Source: Chiloscyllium plagiosum
Taxonomy: Eukaryota
Reading direction: 5' to 3'
NCBI RefSeq assembly: GCF_004010195.1
Contig: NC_057728.1
Coordinates: 45,355,419-45,419,418 of the forward strand
Length of the DNA stretch: 64,000 nucleotides
A model generated the notes under the pieces. The model ran no database searches. It had not been told where the DNA came from and saw nothing but the letters and a program-made list of their open reading frames with translations. Shown here in pieces: positions 27,925 through 41,299 of the stretch (position 1 is the stretch's first letter; the number at the start of each line of letters is the position of its first letter). Both the position numbers and the translations under genes were made by a program.

Positions 27925-28014
27925 TAAAATAAAAGATTTAGTTGTCCAATGATCCAACTTTGAGCTACAGCTTAAAAGACAATGATTGCCTACTAGTACA
28001 TTGACAAAGTTGGC

Positions 28015-28370
28015 AAAAATGAGGACTGCAGATGCTGGAGATCAGAGTTTGTCTGCTTAAGACCATAGGACCATAGATGTAGGAGCAGAAGTAAACCATT
28101 AAGCCCATTGAGCTCATAATTCTGTGCCATTCAATGATATCATGTTGATCTGATAATCCACAACTCCATTTTCTTGTCTTTTCCCCATAACCCTTGATTC
28201 CCTTATCGATTAAAAAAATTTCTCTTTCAGCACTGAATAAATTAAACAACCAGTGTCTATGGCACTCTGCAATAAAGAATTCCACTGATTCTAATCTCCG
28301 GTGAAGAAATTCGTCCTCATCTCAGTCTTAAATATGTGACCCCTCATTCTGAGATTATGCCCTCTGGTCC
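28015..28370 (-). mobile_element. Penelope-like family A end (about 28015-28050) abutting a CR1 3' UTR
   Basis: aaaaatgaggactgcagatgctggagatcagag matches 44281-44313; the remainder resembles 17292-17590. Confidence 0.7.
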
Positions 28371-29260
28371 CAACAAACATCGGCGAGCGGGCCCAGTGCA
28401 GGCTTGAAATGAGTCCAGCGCTTCTGCATTGATAAGGCAGTCTTAGCACTGACTCATGCTTGCTGCAGCAGAGCTGAGTTTAGGTTCCTGGCAGCATCTG
28501 CATCCAGCGCAGGTTCATGGAGCCAGAGGCAGGTTTGGGCCCAGTATGAGACCTGGCAGCATTGCAGCAATGAGGTAGGCCCAAAGCAAACTCATAGCGG
28601 CAGAGTTGAGTTTGAGCTGGAGCATCAGTGTTGACTACACCGGCGAGATGCAGCGAGGACGCCTAGTGGCAGGGACAAGATAGTGCCAAAGAGTGGCAAC
28701 TCTTGTTCCAGTGGCAGTGGTGCAGTCAAGGGGACTCATGCCTGGCCAACAGGCCGATGGCCCGTGGCTGAGCACTTAACAAAAAAGACTGTAATATTGA
28801 TCACTTTATTTATTTATTTATTTATTTATCTGCCTTTGTGTTCTATGTTTTGGTTTATGTTTTCTGCATTTTTAAGATGGCACTGGAGAGTGAGTATAAG
28901 CCCAAACTACTCGACCTGTGCTCATAAGACAGTCCTTCCATTACTAGCACTTGAGTCTAAACAGACGCAACCAGGAAGTGAGTTAATAGGATCATGTTAT
29001 TGAAAACAGCAGTGATAAAAATGTGGAACTCGATACAAATGCCAGCAGTGGAGTTTCGGTTGAGTGGAATTGGAAATCGCAGAATGGCAATGTTTGAAAA
29101 TCAATATTTCAAGTGACAAAGGCATGGATGTGGGTTTCGATGAGAGTGAGGCTATAAGCAATGCTTTGAATCACATGATATCTCCCATCTTTAAAAAGGT
29201 ATTAAAAGATAAATAAGATTTAGAATTTCCCAGTTGTAATTAATTCTTTATTTCGTTCAG

Positions 29261-29390
29261 CAATAGAAGAATTGACTCAGCAAGATACAACCTCCACAGA
29301 GGTGCAACAAAAAAGCAGAGAGCTAACCTATCAATGGCTTCACACTCAAGTGGTGAATGATGAACAAACCAATTACAGAATTATGAAAAA
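29261..29390 (+). CDS. LRRIQ1: LRRIQ1 internal coding exon (fourth from last)
   Basis: Acceptor tttcgttcag, donor gtaaga; 130 nt, phase 1 to 2. Translates IEELTQQDTTSTEVQQKSRELTYQWLHTQVVNDEQTNYRIMK, matching the recalled LRRIQ1 C-terminal motif YTYQWLHTQV. Lies upstream of ALX1, as in other vertebrates. Confidence 0.9.
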
Positions 29391-29503
29391 GTAAGAACTT
29401 TGTTTATTTTGCAGATAATGTGAACTTTGCCCTGTAAATGGAGTTTGTGATAAACTGTAGCAATTCATGTCTTTTTGCATTCTGTATGAGTACTGGCACA
29501 CAA

Positions 29504-29654
29504 GGGATAGATTTTCAACTTGCTGCCTGAGCGTAAAATTGGCTGTGCATTTTGGCTACTTGTTAAAGAAATTGCCTGAGTTTTCATTTTTATAATGGGC
29601 AGGCAATCTACAGTGTCAGTTCTAATCCAGGACAACCAGTTAAAAATCTACCCC
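29504..29654. mobile_element. MITE-like element
   Basis: Imperfect 16-bp terminal inverted repeats gggatagattttcaac / gttaaaaatctacccc. Confidence 0.5.
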
Positions 29655-31399
29655 CATGTGCATTGCCTACAACGTAGTGGTTAACTGCTTAAAGAAATTG
29701 CATGTGTGGTAACCACTATTGACCAAGTTATGCCACAATATCAGTTTACAAGTATGCTTTCTTTAAAAAAATAAATTGTCCATCTCAATCCATAATACTA
29801 TTCTCTATAACACCACAACCAACCCCCACACCCCACTCTCTCTCATCTGTCCAGTTTCCTGCCTCAGCCAATTTTCTGCTGGAAACTTCACTCATGCTTT
29901 TGCTTACTTTCAGCCTTGAAAATTTAAGTGAAAAACAAACATACAAAATTCTGGAAACATACAGTAAGACTGGCAGCACCTACAGAGAGTGGTGAAGTTG
30001 TTTTTTCAGTTGGAGTTGGCTACTTATCGTCTGGATATTTTCTCGGTCCTGACTCTGAGTTAAAATTTTAAAAAGGCTTGGGAAATAACTGTTCCTTGAT
30101 GCATATCCAGTGGCACCCCAATGACGAGTCATAGTCTACTTGCCAACTAATCAGCACTTCTTTTCTCATGTTGTTGTATAAGTTGTTGGTCACTTTGAAT
30201 TTTGCATTCGATGTGGCTACCCTGATGAGTGCAAGACATAAGGCTTTGACAACATGCCTTTTCATTCAAGTTCTGTATTACCAAGTAACTAAATACAGAA
30301 GTTCTAATTGGGTTTGGAAGCCTAATTAGTGGCACAGAGAGGTACGAGGAAGTGGGAGCTGCCTACAGATTGTGGAGCAAAGGCAGCTTGTATGGGCCTG
30401 CAGCTGCCTTACCAAAGAGATCAGGCAACACCTCAGAGGGCTGGTACCTTAACCTGCACAAAAGTGGTTATACACCCAAATGAGAGAGAGTATGCTCAAT
30501 CAGGCATAAGACTCTCCCAGTTTTGACATTTTCTCCCTTATCACTATGGTAATTTTACATGCACCAGCTACCTTTTCAGCATTTATAAGGCTGGAGAAGG
30601 TGATAGAATGTAGCTGATGAGGGAGGAATATAAATTTTAAATTGGAGATGTTGTAAGACTGGAGGCCAATGTAGGTCAGTGTGCATAGAGGTCATATGAT
30701 TTGGTAAGCATTTGGACACAGTCACTATCTAATCTTTCATAATTTTAACTCTCTCCCAACCTCTAATCTGTCACAAATTGGGTTTCTGGAAAGTATCTCT
30801 TGTTTGAGTTCATTGTTTTCAGATTGAAAACTCCATTCGTGTCCTGCCCCCAACCCATTAACCGGCTTCCAAAGGGTTCACCTAGCCATTAACTGAAGTC
30901 AGGTGAATTCCTGACTTGCCTCACTCTCCCTATCCTGTTCTTCACTTTGAAAATTGGAGAGTGTCCCAGAGGCATGGAATCCAATGTTTAAATTACAGAT
31001 TCACCCGTTTCCAACTGTACTAAGAGGGCTGAAAATCTGGAACAATATTAAAGGCTTGCAACCTTTGGACCAGAAACAGGAAAAGTTAGAAACATAATAT
31101 GTCAGGATAAAGTGAAAGGCACATGATAGAAAAAAAAGACAAAACCAATCTGAAGTCTTGTGATAGGTTGGATGGGTGATTAAAGTCAAAAGATTGTGTA
31201 ATGTAAAAAAAAAGGAGAGTGGAGGTAGGACAGGTAGAGAAACAAAAGGTGTGCCCTGGGGAGGTGTTAAAAACAAGATTGGGACCTCATATAGGTGCCT
31301 TCTGAAAGAATAGGAATAATGTAAGAAGCGGAAGAGAGAACAAAATAAACTAGCAAAGGAAAAGGAAGCAAAATATTTCAGTGCTTACCTGATCTTCTG

Positions 31400-31780
31400 T
31401 CCCATCTTATATCCTCCCATCTTGACCAAAACTTCCGTGCCCATGTCCTAACCCATACCAAATCACATCACCTATTATCTCTGTGCACATCGACTTACAG
31501 TGGCTTCTAGTCTTAACATCTCAGATTTATAATTTTCAACCAAGTGTTTATGTTTTTCCATTATCTTGCTCGTCCCTATCTCTGTCATCATCTACAGCCT
31601 TACAATCGCTTGCCCACCAAATCACACAAATCACAGTGCAGAAGAGACCATTCAACAGCGACCAGTCATGGAGGTGATTTCAGCTGCTCTGGAACTTCCT
31701 CCCAAAGCCCTTTTACATTTATACCTCACTGGACTGCTTTATGTGGCTCTTTATAAGCCATCTCTTTGACAACATATCTA
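31400..31780 (+). mobile_element. Decayed L2-like LINE 3' fragment
   Basis: HI...DLQWL.V and ctggaacttcctccc (WNxLP-like) motifs. Confidence 0.45.
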
Positions 31781-32339
31781 TCATCTAAAATCTGTTGATC
31801 CTGTAATAAGTACTGGCAAGTGAATAAAAATAATCATCCAGAAAGATTCTTCCAGAAAGTGAAAATGGTCTCAACAAATAGTGGCAAGTCGTAAATGTGG
31901 TGTCAAAGCTAATCACCTTCATAACAAGTACTATATTTTTCTTCTTTGCAGAGAACAATTAACATCTGCTTTGAAGCTACTTTGAGATCCCAGAAAATGT
32001 TAATGGTTTTTTAAAAAACAAACTCCTAACTTCCTATGGTTATTGAGACAGAAATGGTTTGATTTTAATATTCACATGAGCACAACATTGAATACCAAGC
32101 TAGTGCTGAATAGTTCGAGTAGGAGGATGTGGCAGAATGATTGCTGGTCCATATGATGAGGCATTTTGAAACTGAATAGAAATATTGTTTTTGAGAAACA
32201 ATCGAAGATCTAGTCAATGCCCACTACATATTCTGGATCTTTTATAAGTATGTTGTGAAATGTTAAAATATCTTCTCTCCATGACTCCCTTAGCAATTGC
32301 TGCATAAAACAACCATTGTGAGGAAATTGGAGAACTAAT

Positions 32340-32957
32340 CAATATGTTAAAAGCACCTGATACAACATATCTTGCATGATTCAAGGGATTTCTCCTTTAA
32401 CTTGATCAAACATCTCAAGGTTCTTCACAGGAGATTAACAAAATGGAATTTGACACCAAAACACTTTAGGCAGATGACCATAAGCTTGGTCAAATAGTTA
32501 AGGTCGAAAAGGAGGCAGAGCTATTTAACGAGGGAGTTCCAGAGCTAATGACTTTGACAGACACATGCATGGTTTTCAATGACAGTGCAGTTGACATGGA
32601 ATGGTCAGTACATCAGGATTAGAAGAATGCCAATACCTCAGCAAGCTGCAGGGGTGGAAGGAGATTACAGAGATACAGCAAGGGAGGAGTCTGCAGAAAG
32701 ATCTGGATTTTAAAGTTAAGGTGTTGGTTAAGGAGACACTGTGGATCAGCAAACACAAAGATGCTGGAATCTTGTGTTTGGAGCAAAATAGAACACAGGC
32801 AGCAGTGTTCTGACTGACCTCAACATTACAGAGAGTAGAACATGGGAGTCTGTCCAGGAATGTGCTGAAATAGTTTGGCATAGAAGTAACAAAAGGTGTG
32901 GATAAGATTTTCAGCAGTAGTTCAGCTCCGGTACCTGTATAGCCAGGCAATGTTACA
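32340..32957 (-). mobile_element. Decayed L2-like LINE, split by the CR1 at 32958
   Basis: Minus ORF 32576-32965 reads FVTSMPNYFSTFL...SQNTAACVL...KIPASL, an L2-type C-terminus. Confidence 0.5.
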
Positions 32958-33503
32958 GAGGCCACTTTTGGAATATTGCATGCAATTCTGGTCTCCTTTC
33001 TGTCAGAAGGATGTTGTAAAACTTGAAAAGGTTCAGAAAAGATTTACAAGGCTGTTGCCAGGGTTGGTGGATATGAGCTATAGTGAGAGGCTGAATAGGC
33101 TGGGGTTATTTTCCCTGGAACGTCGGAGGCTGAGGGGTGACCTTATAGAGGCTTATAAAATCATGAGGGGCATGGATAGGATAAATAGATAAAGTCTTTT
33201 CTCTGGGGTGGGGGAGTCCAGAACTAGAGGGCATAGGGTTCGGGTAAGAGGGAAAAGATATAAAAGAGACCTACGAGGCAACCTTTTCACGCAGAGGGTG
33301 GTATGTATATGGAATGAGCTGCCAGAGGAAATGCTGGAGGCTAGTACAATTGCAACATTTAAAAGGCATCTGGATGGGCATATAAATAAGAAGGGTTTGG
33401 AGGGATATTGGCTGGGTGCTGGCAAGTGGGACTAGATTGGGTTGGGATATCTGGTCAGCATGGACGGGTTGGACCGAAGGGCTGTACATCTCTGTGACTC
33501 TGA
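32958..33503 (+). mobile_element. HER1-type CR1 3' fragment
   Basis: RPLLEYCMQFWSP...RFTRLLPG...RRRLRGDLIEAYKIMRG, plus 3' UTR. Confidence 0.9.
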
Positions 33504-33803
33504 GAAGAAAATAGGTAGTCTGATATCAGAAGCTGATCTCAGGGTCATGAATGACCCCAAGATTGTGAAGAGCCCAGTTCAACTTCAGACAGTTCTTATT
33601 CTCCATAAATAGAGTATAATATGTACATTCCATAATGTTAAATTAAACTATCAGCTGTAAGGACACTCACTTTGTTCGAGAGTTATGTTGCAAATCCAGA
33701 TTTCCAGTGCATGTTTAGCATCAGTGTATGGCAGTTTCCAATTGACATTATATCAGTTTTGCAGTGTAATTGTGGCCTTTCCTATTGTGCTTCAATTACA
33801 GAG

Positions 33804-33967
33804 GTCAGAGTTGAGAGTGTGGTGCTGGAAAGACATTTCAGGATGAAGGGCTTATGCCCGAAGTGTCGATTCTCCTGCTCCTCAGATGCTGCTTGATCTG
33901 CTGTGTCTTTCCAGCACCATATTCTTGACTCTGATCTCCAGCATCTGCAGTCCTCGCTTTCTCCTAG
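33804..33967 (+). mobile_element. Penelope-like family A fold-back insertion
   Basis: Short inverted 5' arm, truncated hammerhead ggatgaagggcttatgcccgaa, and flanking direct repeat ttacagagRtcaga (33796-33809 / 33968-33981). Confidence 0.75.
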
Positions 33968-35439
33968 TTACAGAGATCAGATGGGATTAGACAGGTTTCA
34001 ATATTTTGCTTTAATATTTTGCATAACCTGTATGAAATCCAAGAATCCAATTATGCACTCTCCATATGGGAAGTAAAATTGGAGTAAAATTGATGTATAT
34101 TTCACACTGAAACCTTTCTTGACTAGATCCTGGCTCATTGGGCCATAATACCTTATCGACTAGCTTTATTGCTAGTGTCATGTTTATCCCTAATATATGC
34201 AAAATGACCCCCTTGATTCTTTAAATTGTGACTTTAAAATATTGCAGAGATTTATTAGGTTGATGAAGGCACAGTCTCACTGTGTGAAGGTCAAATACTA
34301 ATGTGAAAAAGAGGTTCAAGAAATTGTTTGGTTGTTGATACTGGTTCTTTAAAGCTACCGTTGCTATTTCTAAAGCTTAGACAATACTGTGCCTTTCGGT
34401 TAGCTTTCAAAATGCTTACATTGAAAACAGATCTATGGAAACTAAAGTAATCTTAGCCATATAAAATCAGTGCAGAAACTGGTACTGATGTGCACATCTG
34501 GTCATAGCTTCCTGTTTCCTTGAAGGAGAAAGTCTTAATATCCATAAAACATTGTTTCTATAATTTTATCTGTGCAGTTGTACAACATTTTGATCTTACA
34601 TTGGCTTATTCTCCAACATACTATAAACCACCTCCTGTTTTTATGACCAGGTGAGAAGATATGAATCAGCTCCCTTCTTTTTAACCCCCACAGTCAGTTG
34701 CTACGAACATTTATAATTTTTTTTATCACAAAGCTACATTTAAATGTCCAGTACGTCAAAATGAAGGAACAAATTACAAGGTTTCCTTGAGTGAAAGGAG
34801 AGGGGAATAATAAAGATTCTGTAATTCAGTTATTTCATTCTGTAATCTAGCACTGAATAATAGTAATATTACTGTCAATGACATTCAAGTACTGTATCAA
34901 TGGATACTGGAAAAACATTTTGTGCATAAATATTTCTGGTAACATTCTCCTAAAGGCTAATAATACGAATGATTACTATGATAATTGCTCTCCATTACTT
35001 GTCATATATGCTGTTTTGACTGTTCTCGAAATCCTCCATTGTCTGAAACATAGGAGCTGAGGACTGCTAATATAGTCACGGTTGAGCCAGTCTTATCCAG
35101 CTGACTTCCTGGTACCTGTGCAGGCATTAGTTGAAAATGTATGGGAGACTGTAGGCATGCCATTATTCTGAGTGAGGGCAATATTTTCCCCTACCACTCA
35201 GCAATAATTTCTTTTACATAATGATTTTACATAATCCCATAATGATTTTTGTAAAGTTTATGATCTGATTAAGGTCATTTTCTGTTTAGTCATTTAGCTA
35301 AGGTAAAGAAGATGGTGATGCAAAAGTTTCCTGGATCAATATGATAAGTATGTTTCAGATATGCTGTAATGGTACCATAGATTCCTGCACGGAGGGCCCA
35401 GCTAGGAAATGTATTGAAGTGACCATGTACTGAATGAAT

Positions 35440-36470
35440 GACTGTAAAGTGTTGCTGCCATGAAACATGTGTTTTCTGCATCTCAGCCAATTTTGAATCC
35501 AGTGTGCCACTTTGCTTTGAATCGCACAGGCTCTTACTTTCTAGACCAGTCTATCCTGAGCAGCCTAATTCTAGTCTTTCTAAAGTCTGTGTAGGCCACA
35601 CTAAATATATCACCCTCATCAACAGTCCTGGTTACCACCTCTAAACATTGTTCAAATTTGTCAAACATGATCTTTCCGAAGAAATTCATACTGATTATTC
35701 CTGATAAATCCAAGTGCAAGTATATGCATATTCAGGATGCAAAATAGCACTTTTCACTGTACCTCAGTACATATGACAATAAATCAATCAATATTTTGTC
35801 TCTCAAAATTCTTTCTTTCAAATAATCTGATCAGCACTGAGCTTAGACTGATTGACCTGTGACTTTTTTGCCTATCCCTTGTTCTCTTCTTTAAAATATG
35901 GGACAGGGTTAGCAGTCCTCCAATATTTTGGCATGTCATCTGTGATCAAAGAGGATTTGAAATTACTACTAGGGCCCTGATATTTCCTCCTTGCGTCCCC
36001 AACAGTCTGGGATATATCTCATCCGAGCCTATGGATTTATCCATTTTAAAGACTGCTAAACCTCTCATACCTCCTCTTTCACTGTGTTGATTCCTTCTAA
36101 TACTTCACAGCCCTCCACTCTAGTATCTATACTCGTGTGATTCTTTTCCATTGTGAAGACCGTCAGAAAATATTTATTGATGACCACGCACACATTACCT
36201 CTATCATCCTTAATGGTTCCTCTTCTCTTGCTCTTTGTATATTTAAAATAAAGTTTGATATTTCCTTTATTCTACTCACATGGTTTCTTATACATTCTCT
36301 TTGCTTTCCTAATTTCCTTTAAGTTCTTCCATTCACTTTTTATTCCCCAGTCGGGGAATATGCTTCTTGATATGCTCTGCCATATACTTCTTGATTTTCT
36401 TTCTTAATCCTAACCTTGTCAGTTGATATCCAAGGTTCTCTAAGAGTTTTGCCTGAATGCTTGGGAAACC
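35440..36470 (-). mobile_element. Old CR1 ORF2 remnant
   Basis: Minus-strand peptides such as VTRTVDEGDIFSVAYTDFRK; heavily decayed. Confidence 0.55.
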
Positions 36471-36509
36471 CTCTTCAAGAAGGACACTAAAATATAAAGA
36501 GTCTTGCAG

Positions 36510-36980
36510 GGATGGCAGTGGTGTAGTGACAATGTCTTTGGACCAGTCATTCAAAGCCCTTGCTTTGGATCTGAGAATTTTAATCCCACCATGGCAGATG
36601 GTGAAATCCATAAAATCTGGCGACCATGTAACCATTATCAATGATTGTAAACGCCCATCTGATTCACTAAGGTCTTTTAGGGAAAGAAATCTGTCATATT
36701 TCTCCGGTCTAACTTAATGGCCCAGATCCACAGTAATGTGGTGACTCTTAGAAAAACAAAATATTGCTCTGATGAAACAAAGGGAAAGTTGGAGAAGCTC
36801 AACAGGTCTGGCAATATCTGTAGAGAGAGTAAAACTGAGTTACCACTTTGAATGCATTTGACGCTTCTTCTTCAGGAGACTTATTTATGGTTGACTCTTA
36901 AATGCCTTCTGGGCGATTAGGCATGGGAAATAAATCCTGGCTTCTTCAAGGACTCCCGCATCCTGTGAACAAGTATATTT
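36510..36980 (+). mobile_element. tRNA-derived SINE with nested Penelope-like family C fragment (about 36751-36886, -)
   Basis: Head gtggtgtagtg; tail shared with the 1395-1680 LINE family; tgactctta duplicated at 36742-36750 and 36892-36900. Confidence 0.6.
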
Positions 36981-37404
36981 TCATAAATGTGAATGGCATC
37001 ATAATTATGACGGATGCAGAGATTATTCAACAGCCACCTCATTAAAGCTGAATCTTGAGTAGAAGCACTGCTGATAGAATTTCTCTAGTGCTTTTATGTG
37101 TTGTTAATGTTGAGTTCAAGTTTTAGTGCAAGGATACCACACCAGTAAGGGTATGTTTTATCATTAAATGCAGCAAACTATAAGCACTATAATATTATAG
37201 AATAACAGTGAAATCAAAAGAAATAAAACAAGTTGAATCATTTTCTAAACTGGATAGCCTAATAAAGTTATAATATGAACAAGTCAATGAAGATAAAATT
37301 AGCAGCAACAGAAATGTGGTTTCTGTGACACGTACTGAACATCAGTTGGATGACGCACACAGCTAATGAGACAATCTTGAGAAAAGCAGGTACATAAGAA
37401 CTTT

Positions 37405-38570
37405 TAGAACATCGAAAAATACAGCATAGAACAGGCCCTTTGGCCCACGATGTTGTGCTGAGGTTTAATCCTAATGTAAAAAATAATAACTTAACCTACG
37501 CACCTGTCAACTCACTGCTCTCCATGTGCCTGTCCAGCAGTCGCTTAAATGTCCCTAATGACTCTGCTTCCACCACCACAGCTGGCAATGCATTCCATGT
37601 ATTCATAACTCTCTGCGTAAAGAATCTACCTCTGATATCTCCTTTATACCTTTCCCCTAATATCTTAAAACTGTGACCCCTCGTACCAGTCAATCCAGCC
37701 TGTGGAAAAGTCTCTGGCTATTGACTATATCTACTCCTCTCATTATCTTGTATACCTCAATCAGATCTCCTCACTTCCTCCTTCTCTCCAGAGAGAAAAG
37801 TCCGAGCTTTTTCAACCCTTCTTCATAAGGCAAACCCTCCAGTCCAGGCAGCATCCTGATAAACCTTCTTTGCATCCTCTCCAAAGCCTCTGCATCTTTC
37901 CTATAGTCGGGCGACCAGAACTGGACACAGTATTCCAAGCGTGGTCTCACCAGGGACTTGCAGAGCTGTAGCAAAACCTCGCAGCTCTTAAACTCGATCC
38001 CCCTGTTAATGAAAGCCAAAACACCATATGCTTTCTTAACAACCCTATCCACTTGGGTGGCAACTTTGAGGGATCTATGTACTTTCACACCCAGATCCCA
38101 CTGTTCCTCCACACTATCAAGAATCCTGTCTTTAATCCCATATTCAGCATTCAAGTTTGACCTTCCAAAATGCACCACTTCGCATTTATCCAGATTGAAC
38201 TGCATCTGCTATTTCTCAGCCCAGCTCTGCATCCTGTCTATGTCGCGCTGCAGCCTGCAATAGTCCTCGATACTATCGACGACACCTCCAACCTTTGTGT
38301 CATCTGCAAATTTACTAACCCACCCCTCAACCTCCTCATCCAAGTCATTTATAAAAACTACAAAGAGCAGAGGCCCAAGAACAGAGCCCTGCGGGACCCC
38401 ACTCAACACTGACCTCAAGGCAAAATACTTTCCATCTACAACCACTCTCTGCCTTCTGTCTGCCAACCAATTCTGAATCCAGATAACCAAATCTCCCTGT
38501 ATCCCATACTTCCTGACGTTATGAATGAGCCTACCATGGGGAACCTTATCAAATGCCTTGCTGAAGTCCA
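37405..38570 (-). mobile_element. CR1 LINE, young 5'-truncated copy
   Basis: ORFs 38209-38571 (DFSKAFDKVPH...GVPQGSVLGPLLFVVFINDLD...KFADDTK) and 37771-38205 are nearly intact. Confidence 0.93.
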
Positions 38571-38866
38571 ACTACTTTTAGGAGAGAGGCAAAATTGACA
38601 TCAGCAGAGTAAGAGGAAGACTATGGAGGAGGTATACGGACAATTTCTGAGGCTGAACAGGTTTAACATTTGAGAACAGCACCAACATGCCTATTTTTCC
38701 AGGGCCATAAAAGTAATCATTGACATTGCAAAGCACAGCACCTGAGGAAGAAGAGGAAATGCAGCAAAGATTTATTAGAGTGATCCCTATGATGAGGGAT
38801 TGGTCTGGGCGAAGATACTGAGTGTACAGGCTTATATTCTCTAGAGTTTAGAAGAATGGGAGATGA

Positions 38867-39186
38867 AAAATGTGTTGCTGGAAAAGAGCAGCAGGTCAGG
38901 CAGCATCCAAGGAGCAGGAGAATCGATGTTTCGGGCAAAAGCCCTTCGTCAGGAATGAGGAAGGTGTGCCAAGCAGGTTAAGATAGAGGGAGGAAGAAGC
39001 TCCTTGAAGAAGCTGTCTTCCTCCTTCTATCTTAGCCTGCTTGACACACCTTCCTCATTCCTGAAGAAGGGCTTATGCCCGAAACGTCGATTCTCCTGCT
39101 CCTTGGATGCTGCCTGACCTGCTGTGCTTTTCTAGCAACACATTTTTCAGCTCTGATCTCCAGCATCTGCAGTCCTCACTTTCTCC
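38867..39186 (+). mobile_element. Penelope-like family A fold-back insertion with two hammerhead cores
   Basis: Inverted arms of about 134 bp (38864-38997 / 39016-39149); 15-bp direct repeat aagaatgggagatga (38852-38866 / 39187-39201). Confidence 0.85.
39061..39088 (+). ncRNA. Minimal type I hammerhead ribozyme core
   Basis: CUGAAGA-A-GGGC-UUAU-GCCC-GAAAC-GUC: both conserved core boxes, a 4-bp stem II, a palindromic ACGU stem III and a GUC triplet. Stem I is weak. Confidence 0.7.
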
Positions 39187-40679
39187 AAGAATGGGAGATG
39201 ATCGAATTGAAATATAAATATCTTGAGAAGCTTGATGGTAGATCTGGAGGATGGGGGAGTGGGGCTGGATGAGGGAATGTAGCATTTCCACTGTCTGGAC
39301 ATTTCAGAATTCAAGGTTTCAGTCTTAGATTAATATAATATTTACGACCGAGATAAAGAAAAATCACTGTACTCAAAGGATTGTGAATCCTTGGAATTCT
39401 CTACCCTAGAGAGCTGTGGGTGTTCATTGTCAAATGTATTCAAGTTAGAAATCAATGGATTTTTATACATGAAGTAAATTAAGATTTTAAAGTTAACGTG
39501 CAAAGATGGAGGTCAGGTAGAAGCTCAGCCATCATCATCCTGAATGGTGGAACAGGTTTAGAGAGCCAACATGCCCACTCCTTTTTTTTTGATTTCTATG
39601 TTCTTTAAGCAGCAATGGATGCACCAAATATCCCACAGTCCAAATTAGGAAGTTATCTGGAAGAAGGAGAATTAGTATTAGAGATAATACTAAATATTAA
39701 AATGAAGTTTGAAGTAGATCAGGTCTTCCAGTGACGTTGCCAAGCAGATATACATATGCCTGCCCTCTGCCTCTTCAGTTGGTGTGAACTTAAACAATGC
39801 ACATGATATTTACTGATATCCCAATCAAAGAGTAGCATAACTGTTTTACTTTTGCACTTCAAGCATCTATTTACAAATTCTAACTTTCTACAGTACATGC
39901 TTTTCTTTTGTCTAACTTTTTCAACTTATCCTCCCACTTTTCAAGATTTATGTATCAAAACCTCAATTTCTTTGCAGTTTTTTAAAGATTAACAAGTAGT
40001 GTATATTTCATCTCATTCTTCTAAAGATTATTACTTTGTAATTCTCAGTGTAATTTTCATCTGGCATCTCTGTCCAATCTACTAACCTGCCTTTGTTCTC
40101 ACAGAATTATTTACAGGTCGTCTTGCAGTCAACCACACTCCCTACTTTTGTAATGTCTTCTTTGATTTCATTGGTATTTGGTTATGCTTTGCTGCAGATC
40201 ATTGGCAATGGTGCTAAAGTTGTGTACAATGACTTTATTTTGCACAAAAAAATGGCATTAACTTGGCTCTGCAGCTTACACCAGAAGCAGAAAATCCAGT
40301 TTACTCTCTCTAAACAATAAAATCTGAAATGCTTTTTTTGTTACGAGAGGAGGAAGTGTTTTAACCCCCTTTCAATGAGACTCAACTAATATTTTATTTC
40401 TTTTGAACACGCACCTATCCTACTTAATTAAAACATAGTTCACTATAAAAGGAAGAAGCCGATCACTGAAATTTGTTGAGTAAAAGAAAGATTAATTTTC
40501 TTACATACTAACTCCAAGAAAAAAATATTAAAGAACATCTTAGCAAATACACAAATATAGATAATAAGTTTAAAAGGGAGAGTGTCTGGTATAGACAAGA
40601 AGAATAGCTTTGCACAGTTCTGAAAGACCTTAAGGTGAGGACACATAACCTGAGACCAAAGTTGTTTACTTGTATCTTT

Positions 40680-41002
40680 ATAGAATCCCTATAGTGTGGA
40701 AACAGGCCATTCGGCCCAGCAAGTCTACACCTACCCTCCAAAGAGCATCTCACCCAGACCTAACCCCCTAGCCTACATTTCCCATGGCTAATTCAACCTA
40801 CACATCCCTGAACACAATGGGCAATTTAGTTTGGCTAATCCCCCTAACCCACACATCTTTAGACCGTGTGAGGAAACCGGAGTACCTGGCGGAACAGGGA
40901 AACGTGCAAATGCCACATGGACAGTTGTCCGCGGATGGAATTGAACTTAGATACCTGGTGCTGTGAGACAGCAATGCTGACCACTGAGCCACTGTGCCAC
41001 CC
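40680..41002 (-). mobile_element. HE1-type SINE
   Basis: Minus strand starts gggtggcacagtggctcagtggtcagc; similar to 27617-27924. Confidence 0.85.
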
Positions 41003-41299
41003 TTAACGGTCGTATGATCTGTAGATATCGTTAAGCTCTCTATGAAAGATGTTTTTCCCAACTTGTTTTTTCACCATGCGCTATCATCTGAAATGATTCA
41101 AAAGCAGATATTGAGACAGTAAAAAACAAGTCTTCCAGTTCTTGATTTATATATTTTTTTTCCCTTTGCTGTTTAAAAACTGCTGTTGCAATATTATTCA
41201 CTGTGTATTTGCGAGTCTAGCTCCATTGTCATTTTGATTTGGCTAACTGGCAGATGAGTCTTTCAACTCTCAAACAGTGAAATTATCTTAATTTAATTC

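Larger units (their letters stand above)
38700..39605 (+). mobile_element. Old CR1 3' fragment hosting a fold-back insertion
   Basis: ctagagtttagaagaatgggagatgatc (LEFRRM.DD-like) is split by the insertion; CR1 3' UTR follows. Confidence 0.65.

Noticed and set aside
28370..28920. GC-rich segment resembling an exon or CpG island
   Set aside because: No coherent spliced ORF. It ends in an aagatggcRc motif similar to the minus strand near 1900-1915, so it is probably an unclassified repeat.
1..29260. Earlier LRRIQ1 exons (expected motifs such as WGF or RLALFKNNENK)
   Set aside because: Not found by eye. They probably lie upstream of the window, though a diverged small exon could have been missed.
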